NCBI GenBank assembly: GCA_965249135.1
Contig: OZ252220.1
Location: 832,001-896,000 of the forward strand
DNA: 64,000 nucleotides
Direction of reading: 5' to 3'
DNA from: Alphaproteobacteria bacterium
GTDB lineage: Bacteria; Pseudomonadota; Alphaproteobacteria; GCA-2746255
Under the pieces are notes generated by a model. The model did not search any database, was not told where the DNA came from, and saw only the letters and a list, made by a program, of their open reading frames with translations. Below are positions 1 through 10,026 of the stretch, in pieces (within the stretch, counting starts at the first letter, position 1; the number at the start of each line of letters is the position of its first letter). The translations under genes and the position numbers were made by a program.

Positions 1-605
1 GATCGGATCCGATTCATATGAATATTCACAATTTCACTCGAACCGAAATCGACGGCATCGCCAAAGCAATTAAGGAAATAGAGATTCTCGAATTTTGTCC
101 CCCAGTCCGTTCCGGTCCTGCCAATTCGCAGAAAACAATGTTCGGCGATTTTCCTCGACGATACAGAATAGCTGCTCTTTCCGTTGATCGTGAGATTCGA
201 AAAACCTCCCCATGGTGTCGCGCCGGGTCGCTCATCTTCGTAGAAGAGGACGGTGCTGCCGGGCCCGCCCTCGCCATTGTACGCGAGGATGGTGTTGCCG
301 ACCCCGAACCCGACGAGCGCCGTCCTTCCGTTCCATTCCACCTCGTGGCACATGTAATCCCCCGGCGGGAAATAGACCGGCAGAATGCGTTCTGGCGGAT
401 ACGCAGGGCTTTCCGCGATCGCTGCCTGAATGGCCGCCGTATCGTCGGCAAGCCCATTTCCTTTCGCGCCGAAACGCTTCACGTTCAACGGATAGAGATC
501 GAGGCTCACCAAAAGGTCACGCAGCACCTGCGGCGTGATCGCGCCGCTCGTGTTGTCGGACAGAAGCTTGAGGAGATCGGCGTGGGTGCGCGGCGTATCC
601 GCCAT
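1..605 (-). CDS. Pectate_lyase_3/GH28-like beta-helix (tailspike-like) protein, 3' end runs off the window
   Basis: Not in the ORF track. Manual translation from ATG 605 is open to base 1: MADTPRTHADLLKLLSDNTSGAITPQVLRDLLVS...NVKRFGAKGNGLADDTAAIQAAI...VYFPPGDY. NVKxFGAKGxGxxDDTAAIQAAI and VYFPPGxY are the hallmark N-terminal motifs of this family. Confidence 0.8.
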   Translation of the reverse strand, partial: MADTPRTHADLLKLLSDNTSGAITPQVLRDLLVSLDLYPLNVKRFGAKGNGLADDTAAIQAAIAESPAYPPERILPVYFPPGDYMCHEVEWNGRTALVGFGVGNTILAYNGEGGPGSTVLFYEDERPGATPWGGFSNLTINGKSSYSVSSRKIAEHCFLRIGRTGTDWGTKFENLYFLNCFGDAVDFGSSEIVNIHMNRIR

Positions 606-790
606 CACTTAAACCCCGTCCCGAAGGCCGGGCTAAAGGCCGACCCGTTCCAGGAATCCGTGGCGGCCTTGGCCTCACCCACGGTGACGATCCAAAGGCC
701 GAACAAAGAGAAGCCAGCCGTCGTCCGCGCCGACATGGTGAGGAAGTCGCGCCGGTTCAAGGGACCGTCGAGGCTTTCCTGCCCTGGCAT
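605..790 (-). CDS. Small Tat (twin-arginine) signal peptide protein, 61 aa
   Basis: GGAGG precedes ATG 790. NRRDFL Tat motif, hydrophobic h-region, AKA cleavage site. Its TGA overlaps the next ATG (TGATG). Confidence 0.65.
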   Translation of the reverse strand: MPGQESLDGPLNRRDFLTMSARTTAGFSLFGLWIVTVGEAKAATDSWNGSAFSPAFGTGFK

Positions 791-964
791 GCCGCACCTC
801 CGGATGGCCATTTCTCCCATTCGTTATAGGACAGAGACAAGCGGCAAGGCGACCCTTGATATGAGGCGCCTTGAAAAAGCCGAACCGCGCCCCATAATGG
901 ATTTCGAACTCAGGCTGGCCTAAGAACTTCCAACTTGGCGCCCCTTACGGGCAATGGGGGAAAC

Positions 965-1426
965 ATGAAGAACCGCATCTTACGCTGTGCTGCCGTCCTG
1001 TTCGGCCTTGTGCTTGGAGGGCTGCTCGCCATGCCGCCGGGTTGGGCCGGGGAATTGGGACCGAAGGAGACCGTCGAGAAGCATCTGGCGGCCCTGCAAG
1101 ACTACATCTTCGAGGAAGCCTTCGACTACATCTCGAAAGAATCCACGGACGGAAAAACGAAACAGGAATGGGCGGATTCGACCCGCGAGCTCTATTCCAG
1201 CGCCAATGTGAAGGTCATGAAATTCACGCTTTACCCTGCGAAGATCGAAGGCGACAAGGCCATCGTTCCGGACATCCTGAACGCCAGCGACATATTCAAC
1301 AAGGAAGGCAGCACCGAATACGAGCTCTACCACCTCATCAAGGAAGATGGCGTCTGGAAGGTCGACCGTCAGGAACTCCTCTTCGAGGACAGCCAGGTAA
1401 AGGAGTGGTTCCCGGACGTAAAGTAG
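965..1426 (+). CDS. Secreted NTF2-like/DUF4878-type protein
   Basis: Signal peptide; PKETVE..., IEGDKAIV, LIKEDGVWKVD motifs. Confidence 0.65.
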   Translation: MKNRILRCAAVLFGLVLGGLLAMPPGWAGELGPKETVEKHLAALQDYIFEEAFDYISKESTDGKTKQEWADSTRELYSSANVKVMKFTLYPAKIEGDKAIVPDILNASDIFNKEGSTEYELYHLIKEDGVWKVDRQELLFEDSQVKEWFPDVK

Positions 1427-1456
1427 GCGTAGCGAACACCGGGAAAGCGAGAATCG

Positions 1457-2749
1457 CTATTCGGCCGGCAAACAACTCGCGCAGCGGTCCTTCACTGAAT
1501 CGATATTAAGCTCCTGCGGGTCGATCACCAGGTTGAAGCGAAGCTTGTCGTCCGTGATGAAGATGGTGCCGTGGTTGCGCCGGAAGTCAGCGATCATCTG
1601 CCAGGTCGGCCAGACGATGGCGCCCCCCTCCTCTTCCGTCGGCCCCTCCCCCATCGGGAAGACGCGATAGCCAAGAATGCTCGCCTTCCAGAAACGTCCG
1701 CTTTTCGAATAGAACTCGCCGAGATAAGGAATCCAGTTCTCCGCATCGATATAGAGCACCTTGCGGCCATAGGGGTGAAGTTCCGGCGCCGTTGCCTCGA
1801 TGACGAACACTTCGCGCGGCTCCCATGCGTCGACCGGATTCCAATGGGGCGGGTTTTCCAGATCGATCCCCGGAAGCTGTTCGCCAACCGTTTCGCCTTC
1901 CGGATTCCAGAACGGATGCGTCGTGTTTGCGACAACGAGAACTTTCTTCTTCGCCAGGATTTTAAAATCGACGTACCAACTCGGATAGGCATTGAAAATA
2001 AAAACGTCGTCGCCGACGAAATCCGTCACCCCAAGCTGGTACATCCAGTAGCCACCCTTCCAACGGACGATCTTCCTCGCCTCATGGGCGTAGGTGAGAA
2101 GAAGCTCGTCCTCCCCGGTGTCATAGCGGACAAGCACGGCGCCGCTGCCAAGAACGTCCGCCGGTCCCGCCTCATAGACGATGCTCTTCTCGAAGAGACG
2201 GCCCTTCCCCAACACCGGCGCCCCTTCGTGGCGCAACCGTCCCTTCAGGAAAACCCGGATCACCCGTCGCCGGTTTAGTTCTTCAAACCCCCGCTCCCCA
2301 TGGATGGCCGCCGTCACGGCATTGGGAAAGAATTGGGAATCCCCGCGTGGCCGGCCATAGGTGAGATTCCACATCACCTTGCTGGCCGCGTCCTTGTCCT
2401 CAAGGGCTACGTCCGGAAACGGCACGCCTGCTTGCCAGCCGGGAACGAGCCCGCTTTCCGGGTCGATGGCAAGCTTGCCCCGGTTCCGGGCGCTCGCCGC
2501 CTCGAGCCGTGCGTCCTTCGGATGGGCCTTGGCGTGCGTGAGCCGGATGCGAAGGCCCCGCTCCTTGATCTGCCACTGGAAACGCTCCGGGATCAGCTCC
2601 GAGATGGGCGTGCCGTCGAAGCGATCTTCAAGATGCGACTCAAGATTCGCCGCGTCCAGAACCATGCCGGCGGCAAGCTCCTTCGCCCCTACCGGCGCCG
2701 AAAGGAGCGCCGCGAAAAGGATGCCAAGACCGGCGTGCTTCACGTTCAT
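1457..2749 (-). CDS. DUF1329 (LolA-like periplasmic) protein, paralog 1
   Basis: Signal peptide; GWQAGVPFPD, WNPVDAWEPREVFVIEA, HPYGRKVLYID, YSKSGRFWK motifs. ATGA overlap with the upstream methyltransferase. Confidence 0.8.
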   Translation of the reverse strand: MNVKHAGLGILFAALLSAPVGAKELAAGMVLDAANLESHLEDRFDGTPISELIPERFQWQIKERGLRIRLTHAKAHPKDARLEAASARNRGKLAIDPESGLVPGWQAGVPFPDVALEDKDAASKVMWNLTYGRPRGDSQFFPNAVTAAIHGERGFEELNRRRVIRVFLKGRLRHEGAPVLGKGRLFEKSIVYEAGPADVLGSGAVLVRYDTGEDELLLTYAHEARKIVRWKGGYWMYQLGVTDFVGDDVFIFNAYPSWYVDFKILAKKKVLVVANTTHPFWNPEGETVGEQLPGIDLENPPHWNPVDAWEPREVFVIEATAPELHPYGRKVLYIDAENWIPYLGEFYSKSGRFWKASILGYRVFPMGEGPTEEEGGAIVWPTWQMIADFRRNHGTIFITDDKLRFNLVIDPQELNIDSVKDRCASCLPAE

Positions 2750-3363
2750 GCCTGGACCGCGACTCCCCAAGTGTTGAAGCAGAGCGGTTTCCATCCGGGA
2801 ATATACATCGTTTCCATGCTCGTGATCCTAAACCCGCCCGCCCGAATGAGGTCCGGAATCGGACGGGTCAGATGGCAACCGCCGGCCAACCGTTTCCAGA
2901 CGGGCTCGATTCGTTTCTGAACGCGGCGCACCTTCGCATCGGGTGCCAGGCCATGCTCCGTGAAGACGAGTTCGCCGCCCGGCTTTAGCACGCGCCGCAT
3001 TTCCTTCAATGCCGCACCCGCATCCGGGATCGTGCAAAGCGTATAGGTGACGACGACGGTATCGACGCTTGCCTTCTCAAGGGGGATTGCCTCTCCGGAA
3101 AGACCGATGAATTCGACCGGGAAGGCGACCTTGCCCACGGCTTTCTCGGCGATCCGGCGCATCTCGGCGGAAGGATCGAGGCCGATGACCCGTTCGACCT
3201 TGTCGGCGTCATAGAAAGCAAGGTTCAGCCCGCTGCCGATGCCGACCTCGAGGACGCGCCCGCGTGCGAGCGGGATGACCTTCCTGCGCTGGTAGCGGAC
3301 CGGCTTCACGCCACAGGCGAAGTGAAGCCCCCAAGGCAGGATGTGTTTCTCATAAAAGCCCAT
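2746..3363 (-). CDS. Class I SAM-dependent methyltransferase (PmtA/UbiE-like)
   Basis: VLEVGIGSGLN motif I, DTVVVTYTLCT, RVLKPGG, GGCHL. Confidence 0.85.
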   Translation of the reverse strand: MGFYEKHILPWGLHFACGVKPVRYQRRKVIPLARGRVLEVGIGSGLNLAFYDADKVERVIGLDPSAEMRRIAEKAVGKVAFPVEFIGLSGEAIPLEKASVDTVVVTYTLCTIPDAGAALKEMRRVLKPGGELVFTEHGLAPDAKVRRVQKRIEPVWKRLAGGCHLTRPIPDLIRAGGFRITSMETMYIPGWKPLCFNTWGVAVQA

Positions 3364-3507
3364 CTTAAGCTCTCCCAAGGCTTCGCCCTTAGCTTAGCGA
3401 AAAGTCGCCTCCCCGTGGAGGCCGGGAAGGTCGCCCGCTTTGGGGCTGGCTCCCACCCCACCATCCGCTATCATGCCCCATCGAAACAAGGCGGGAGGAA
3501 GTTTCCC

Positions 3508-4287
3508 ATGGGCCGGGGGCTCAAGATCGCGGCCGGCATTTTTGCCACGCTTGCCATCCTCACCGTCGTCGTCTTCTATGCCGGTTCGTCGATCGATTCC
3601 ATCGTCGAGAAGGGGATCGAGAAATACGGCTCGCAAATCTTGCGCACACGCGTGAGCGTCGATGCCGTGGAAATTTCCCCGCGCAGTGGCAAGGGCAGCC
3701 TGCGTGGCGTGTTCATCGGCAACCCGGCCGGCTTCGAGGCGGAAAGCGCCTTCGAACTCGGTGAAGTCACCATCGCCATCGATATGGGGTCGGTGATGGG
3801 AAATCCCATCGTCATCAAAGAGATCAGCGTGAACGCCCCCAGGCTGACCTACGAACTGAACGGGAACGCAAGCAACCTGGACGCCCTTCGGCGCAACATC
3901 GAGGCCTTTGCCGGCGGCAAGGCAAACAAGCCGAATGAGGCAGGCTCTAGGTCAGAAGGCGGCCGCAAGCTCGTCATCGAGAAACTCACGATCCGCAAGG
4001 GCACGATCCGGGTCCGCGCGGCGCTCCTGAAAGGCAAAGAGACGGAAGTCTTGTTTCCCGCCCTTGAATTCAGGAACATCGGCAAGGAACGGAACGGCAC
4101 GTCGCCGAACGAGGTCGCGGCCAAGGTGCTGGACGCCATAACTAGACAGGTGGTCATGGCGACCGCCGGCCTTGGTCTTGAGGCGGTGCACGGACTGGCC
4201 GAAGAGGGCGCCGAAGGCGTCGGTGCCATTCTCGAGGAAGGCATCGAAGGGATCGGCGAGGCGATCGAGGGCCTGTTCGGCGAGTAG
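3508..4287 (+). CDS. AsmA/DUF748-like membrane-anchored protein
   Basis: GGAGG RBS, N-terminal TM helix, IGNPAGF and SNL motifs. Confidence 0.65.
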   Translation: MGRGLKIAAGIFATLAILTVVVFYAGSSIDSIVEKGIEKYGSQILRTRVSVDAVEISPRSGKGSLRGVFIGNPAGFEAESAFELGEVTIAIDMGSVMGNPIVIKEISVNAPRLTYELNGNASNLDALRRNIEAFAGGKANKPNEAGSRSEGGRKLVIEKLTIRKGTIRVRAALLKGKETEVLFPALEFRNIGKERNGTSPNEVAAKVLDAITRQVVMATAGLGLEAVHGLAEEGAEGVGAILEEGIEGIGEAIEGLFGE

Positions 4288-4290
4288 ACC

Positions 4291-5757
4291 ATGCGACGTC
4301 AACTCGCACGCCTCGTCTTCGCCTTTCTGCTCGGCCTTGGCTTCGTCGTCTTAGGGAGGACCTGGCTTCTCGAATCCGGGCAGGTTTTGGTCGAACCCTT
4401 GGCCCCCATCGCCATCGACGCCGAGCTGGCGGCGCGCCACCTGGGAGGCGCCATCCGTATTCGCACGATCTCCCACGGCGGCGGCGGCAAGGTCGAGGCG
4501 AAGGCGTTTCGCGCCCTTCACGCCTATCTCGCGAAAACCTATCCGCGCGTCCATGCCGGGCTCACCCGCGAAACGGTGGCCGATTTCAGCCTTCTCTATC
4601 ACTGGAAGGGAACGGATCCGGCGCTTAAACCCCTCCTGCTACTCGCCCATCAGGACGTCGTTCCCATCGCGCCTGGCACCGTCACCGCCTGGACCCAGCC
4701 GCCTTTCGACGGCGTCGTTGCGAACGGCTTCGTCTGGGGACGGGGCGCGATGGATGACAAAGCCTCTGTGATCGCCATCTTTGAAGCGGCGGAACACCTC
4801 CTCAAAGACGGCTTCCAGCCGAAACGCTCGATCTATTTCGCCTTCGGCCATGACGAAGAGATCGGCGGCTTCAAGGGCGCGGCTGCGATTGCCGGGCTTT
4901 TTGAGGCGCGTGGGCTCCACTTCGAGTTCACCCTCGACGAAGGGCTGGTGATTGCCGTCGACCAGATGCCGGGAATTGAGGCGCCGGTCGCCCTCATCGG
5001 GCTGGCCGAGAAGGGCTACGTCTCCCTCGAACTTCTCGCCAAGGCCGAGGGCGGTCATTCTTCGATGCCGCCGCCTGAGACGGCGGTCGGTCGCCTCGCC
5101 CGGGCCATTCGGCGGCTCGAGGACAACCCGATGCCGGCCAGCCTCAAGGGTCCGGCCGCCGAGATGTTCGCCACGGTGGCGCCCGAGATGGATTTCACCT
5201 TTCGCCTGCAGTTCGCCAATCGCTGGCTTTTCGATCCCCTCCTCCTCCGCCGGCTCGAGAAAAAGCAGGCGACGAATGCGATGATCCGCACGACGATGGC
5301 GCCGACCATGCTTGCGGGCGGCATCAAGGATAACGTGCTTCCCTCCGAAGTTCGCGCCGTCATCAATTTCCGTACCCTGCCGGGCGAGACCAGTGCGGAC
5401 GTGATCAACCATACGACGCGCGTCATCGACGATCCTAGGATCGAGGTTCGAACCCGGGGGCCGGTCTTCGAGCCCTCCCCGATCTCGGATGCAGCTTCAC
5501 CCGGCTTTCGGCTGCTCGCACGCACGATCCGGGAGGTGTTTCCGGACGCGATCGTCTCCCCCGGCCTGGTCTTTGGCGGGACGGACACGAAGCACTATGT
5601 CGGGCTAACGGAGGCAAGCTTTCGGTTTCTGCCATTGCGTCTGACGGCAGACGATTTGAAGGGGATGCATGGCACGAATGAACGGCTTTCCGTCACCAAT
5701 TTCGGCGAGATTGTCCGTTTCTATGCCCGGCTATTCCAAAATGCGGGAGGAAGATGA
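4291..5757 (+). CDS. M20 family peptidase (PM20D1/carboxypeptidase S-like)
   Basis: AHQDVVP, GRGAMDDK, GHDEE, GGHSS, GGTD, HGTNE. Confidence 0.92.
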   Translation: MRRQLARLVFAFLLGLGFVVLGRTWLLESGQVLVEPLAPIAIDAELAARHLGGAIRIRTISHGGGGKVEAKAFRALHAYLAKTYPRVHAGLTRETVADFSLLYHWKGTDPALKPLLLLAHQDVVPIAPGTVTAWTQPPFDGVVANGFVWGRGAMDDKASVIAIFEAAEHLLKDGFQPKRSIYFAFGHDEEIGGFKGAAAIAGLFEARGLHFEFTLDEGLVIAVDQMPGIEAPVALIGLAEKGYVSLELLAKAEGGHSSMPPPETAVGRLARAIRRLEDNPMPASLKGPAAEMFATVAPEMDFTFRLQFANRWLFDPLLLRRLEKKQATNAMIRTTMAPTMLAGGIKDNVLPSEVRAVINFRTLPGETSADVINHTTRVIDDPRIEVRTRGPVFEPSPISDAASPGFRLLARTIREVFPDAIVSPGLVFGGTDTKHYVGLTEASFRFLPLRLTADDLKGMHGTNERLSVTNFGEIVRFYARLFQNAGGR

Positions 5758-6401
5758 GCAAGCCACTGGCAAAAAACGACAATGCGCACCTGCTTGGTAC
5801 CGTCGAGGAAGTGGCGGCCCGCTGGGGCGTGAAGGAAAGGCTGGCGCACGCGTGCCTCTTGGGCACGGCGTACGAGACGTGCCTGGCCTGCAACGTCGAG
5901 GCGAACCCGCGTTCGAAGGTGCAGGCGGGGTCCACCAACACGGAGCTTCGGAAAATCACCCTGAACCTTGCCTTGCTCGAGCCCGGCCGCGAGGCGGATC
6001 GGAACGCGACCCTGCTCCATGAATGCGCGCATATTCTCGCGGACCTCGCCCATCGCCGGAACTGCCGGCATGGCAAGCGATGGAAAGAGGTGATGGCGCT
6101 CTTGGGCGAAGAGCCACTGGTGAATCACGACCTTGCCTACCTTTCGCCGAAGCTGCATGCCCGTGTCACCTGGGTCTGCAAGACCTGCGGCGAGGAATAC
6201 CATTACCTCCGCAAGCCGCGCCGGCGCCTCAAGGATTGCTACTGCGTGCGCTGCGGGCCGCGCCGGGGCCACCTTCGCGTGGCCAAGGCGCCCTATCAAC
6301 TGGAGTTGGATCTGCCGGCCGCGTTCGATGCCCAAAAGGAGATCGGCCTCAATGCCTATCAGCCGACGAAGAAGGGGCAGGCCAAGCCACCCTCGGCGTA
6401 G
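5754..6401 (+). CDS. SprT-like zinc metalloprotease
   Basis: TLLHECAH (HExxH), HGKRW, C-terminal CxxC...CxxC ribbon. Confidence 0.8.
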   Translation: MSKPLAKNDNAHLLGTVEEVAARWGVKERLAHACLLGTAYETCLACNVEANPRSKVQAGSTNTELRKITLNLALLEPGREADRNATLLHECAHILADLAHRRNCRHGKRWKEVMALLGEEPLVNHDLAYLSPKLHARVTWVCKTCGEEYHYLRKPRRRLKDCYCVRCGPRRGHLRVAKAPYQLELDLPAAFDAQKEIGLNAYQPTKKGQAKPPSA

Positions 6402-6786
6402 GCCTTCAAGCAATGCATGAGATGCCCCCAGGTCGTGTTGCATAACGGGTAGGCCCCCGCCGTCGTCGCCAGTCCGTATGCGCGAAGCTGAGCCGGGTCG
6501 CGCCGTCGTCGGCCGGGCTTAAGTCCCAGGAAAGCTGGGTGCCCTCCCATTCCTCCGGTCCACCGATGCACCGCCAGTGCAGGTGCTTGCCGGGCTCGAA
6601 CCCGTCCACCTCCATGCGGAACACGACGGCGCGGCCATTGAATCCGAACTCGGCGATGCCGCCCGCCTTCGGTTCGGCCTGCGCGTCCGCCGTCCATCAG
6701 CCCTTGAGGCCCGCCTCCGTCGTCAACGCCTCGAAGACGCGATCCGCCGGCGCCTGGATCGTGATTTCGTGAAGGATACTTGCCAT
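6359..6786 (-). pseudogene. SRPBCC/AHSA1-like protein, disrupted
   Basis: ATG 6786 gives MASILHEITIQAPADRVFEALTTEAGLKG*WTAD, with TGA at 6697-6699 in the conserved GWW. A 1-nt frameshift at about 6468 precedes the family C-terminus CNTTWGHLMHCLKAYAEG. Confidence 0.8.
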
Positions 6787-6799
6787 CCCGTTCCTCCCC

Positions 6800-9700
6800 T
6801 TAAAAACCGGACCCCTGGTTCTCCTCATCGTCGCGCAACGTCAAGAGGGTCGTGTCCCCGCCCGTCGCCGCCGTGTTCCGGGCAAGCGCGCGCTCGACGG
6901 AAAAACGGTTGAGATACCTGGGCCCGCCCGCCTTCGGACCCGTGCCGGAAAGGCCCTCCCCGCCAAAGGGCTGGACGCCCACCACGGCGCCGATCATGGA
7001 GCGGTTCACGTAAACGTTGCCGACCCGAGCACGATTGGCGATTCTCCGCACGGTCGTGTCGATCCGGCTGTGAATGCCGAGCGTCAATCCATAGCCAGTG
7101 CCGTTGATCGCATCGACGACACCGTCCACCTCGGCGGCGGAAAAGCGCAACACATGAAGGATCGGTCCGAACACCTCCCGTGGAAGAAGGTCGAGGCGCT
7201 CGATTTCGAAGGCCGAGGGTGCAAAGAAGGTGCCGTGCTCCAACCCCTCCGGCAACTTAAGTTCGCACAAGGCCTTGCCTTCCAGCCGCATGCGTTTCGC
7301 ATGGTCCTCGAGCGAGCGTTGCGCGTCCGCGTCGATCACGGGACCCACGTCCGTCGAAAGCAGGGCGGGGTCCCCGATCACCAGCTCCTCCATCGCGCCC
7401 GTCAACATCTCGATCATCTTGGGCGCAATCGCATCCTGAAGAAAGAGTACGCGAAGGGCCGAACAACGCTGGCCGGCGCTTCGAAAAGCAGACGTGACGA
7501 CATCCGCCACGACCTGTTCGGCAAGCGCAGACGAATCGACGATCATCGCGTTCTGACCACCGGTTTCTGCGATCAAGGGAACGATCGGCCCGTCACGTCT
7601 GGCAAGGACGCGGTTGATGGCCTGCGCTGTCTCCGTCGAGCCGGTAAAGGCGACGCCATTGATTCGCGGGTCTTCGATGATCTTTGCTCCAACCTCGCCA
7701 TTGCCGGGAAGAAGATGAAGCACGTCTGCCGGTACGTCGGCACGATGAAGAAGGCGGAGCGCGAAATCCGCAACCAGCGGCGTCTGTTCGGCCGGCTTCG
7801 CCAACACGGCGTGGCCGCCAAGGCCGCCGTCACCTGGCCCAGGAAGATGGCCAGGGGAAAGTTCCAGGGACTGATGCAGGCGAACACCCCGCGCCCATGG
7901 AGCGAGAGCGTGTTCGCCTCCCCGGTCGGGCCGGGGAAAATCTCAAGCCTCGAAAAGTAGCTCCGGGCTTGCACCCCATAGTAGCGGCAGTAATCGACCG
8001 CCTCGCGCACCTCGGCGAGTGCGTCCGGGATCGTCTTGCCGCCCTCCCGCACACAAAGCGCCATGAGGGCAGCCCGATTTTCCTCCAAAAGCCCCGCCGC
8101 ACGCTCGAGGATGGCGGCGCGGGCTTCCGCACCCGTCGCATCCCACGGGCCGGCTGCCTCCGCGGCACCATGAAGGGCGCGATCGATCGCGCGCCCGTCT
8201 GCCTCGACGACGCTGCCCACTCGGCGCCGCCGATCGGCGGGATCGGTGACGGCGCGCGCCTTGCCCTCCAGTCGATTGCCGGCGACGAGAGGTGCTGCTT
8301 CCCATGGCTCGGCCACCGCCTTCGCCATCGAAGGTGCCAAATCGGCCAGCACCAGCGGATCGCTGAGATCCAGGCCCGCCGCATTCTCCCTCCCCTCCCC
8401 GAAAAGGTGACGGGGAAGAGGGATTCTTGGATGGGGCTTTTCTTCGAGTGCCCGAAGGCGCGGGACCGGGTCGGCGACGACCTCCGCGACGGGCAGCTCC
8501 GCATCGACGATACGGTTGACGAAGGACGTGTTCGCGCCGTTCTCGAGCAGGCGGCGAACGAGGTAGGGCAGCAAATCCTCGTGGCTGCCGACCGGGGCGT
8601 AGATGCGGACGGGAATGTCGTACCCTTCGCGCTTGACGACGTCGTAAAGCAACTCCCCCATTCCATGAAGGCGTTGGAACTCGTAATCCTTAGAATCGCC
8701 CGCGAGTTCGAGAACGGCGGCGAGCGTATGGGCGTTGTGGGTCGCGAATTGCGGATAGAGGACGCCGCCCGCCGCCAATATCCGTCGCGCGCAGGCCAGA
8801 TAGGAGACATCCGTCGCAAGCTTGCGTGTGAAAACCGGGTAGCCTTCGAAGCCTCCTACCTGTGCACGCTTGATCTCCTGATCCCAATACGCCCCTTTCA
8901 CAAGCCGCACCGGTACTCGGCGTCCCCTGGCGTTCGCGATCTCGATCAGCCAATCGAGAAGCGGAAGGCTGCGCTTCTGGTAGGCCTGCACGGCCAGCCC
9001 GAAACCTTCCCAGCCGCGAAGGCCGTCGTCGCCATGGACCCTCTCGAAGAGGTCGAGCGAAAGCTCGAGGCGGTCGGCTTCCTCCGCATCGACCGTAAGG
9101 CCGATCCCTTGGGCGCGCGCGAGTTCTGCAAGGTCGAACAGGCGCCCACCCAGCACCTTCGATACCCCCTCCCGCTCGGCGAATTCGTAACGGGGATGGA
9201 GGGCGGAAAGCTTGACGGAAATACCGGGGCCCGCCATCGGCCCCTTTCCCGCCGCGACCCTGCCTACGCTCGCGATCGCCTCCGCATAGGCTTCGAAATA
9301 GCCCATCGCGTCTTTTGCGGTAAGCGCCGCCTCCCCCAACCGATCGTAGGAATGCCTTATCCCACGCCCTTCCGCCTCCTGGCTCCGTTCCAGCGCCTCC
9401 CCCATCGTCCGGCCGAGGACGAACTGGTGAGCAAGGATCGCATGGCCCCCGCGATCGCTTCGCGCACGACGGGCTCTCCCAGCCGGGTGACCAGCCGTCC
9501 GAGAAGCGAGGCGACGTCTGCTTCCTCATCCTCGCCGAGCCGCACGAATCGCCCGGTCAGCATCAATGCCCAGGTCGAGGCGTTCACGAAGAGGGAGTCG
9601 CTGCCCCCCAGATGCGCTGCCCAATCGGCGGTCGCGATCTTGTCATGGATCAGGCGATCGCCGGTCTCGGCATCCGGAATACGAAGCAAGGCTTCCGCCA

Positions 9701-9959
9701 GGCAAAGCAGCGCCACGCCTTCCGCACTCGAAAGCCCGTAGGCCTTAAGGAACGATTCTAAGCCGCTCGCCTCCTTCGTCCGCTTGCGCACCGCCTCGAC
9801 GAACCGGCCGACCCGCTTCACGATGCCTGCGCGGGCCTTGGCGGAAAGATCGGCCTTCGTTAACAAGTGCTCCACCGCGGCCGTTTCGTTGGCCCGGTAG
9901 GCTTTCTGGATCTGGGCCCTGGTTCCGGTCCGGGCCGCCGGCGGTTCCTTAAAGATCAT
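6800..9959 (-). pseudogene. putA: Bifunctional proline dehydrogenase/P5C dehydrogenase, two frameshifts
   Basis: Three ORFs carry consecutive PutA segments (LAEALLRIPD; RLVKGAYWD, RRLLENGANTSF; ETGGQN, SAGQRCSA, QPFGGEG). Frameshifts at about 9439 and 7812. Confidence 0.88.
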
Positions 9960-9990
9960 CTCCCGCCCCAATTCTAAGCCAGGCCCATGG

Positions 9991-10026
9991 CCCTAGCCCT
10001 AGCCCTAGCCCTAGCCCTCGCCCTCG
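9991..10026 (-). repeat. Hexamer array (CGAGGG)2(CTAGGG)4, potential G-quadruplex
   Basis: Plus strand reads ccctag x4 then ccctcg x2. Confidence 0.9.

Noticed and set aside
18-923. 301-aa plus-strand ORF
   Set aside because: Antisense shadow of the minus-strand beta-helix and Tat-peptide genes, which carry the recognisable motifs.
936-951. TGGCGCCCCTTACGGG resembling the tRNA-Glu 3' end (possible att site for a 20-kb island)
   Set aside because: Short with several mismatches, there is no integrase, and the intervening DNA mostly has host-like composition.
6697-6699. In-frame TGA as selenocysteine or Trp recoding
   Set aside because: It replaces a conserved Trp, the gene has a second lesion, and TGA is a normal stop throughout the window.
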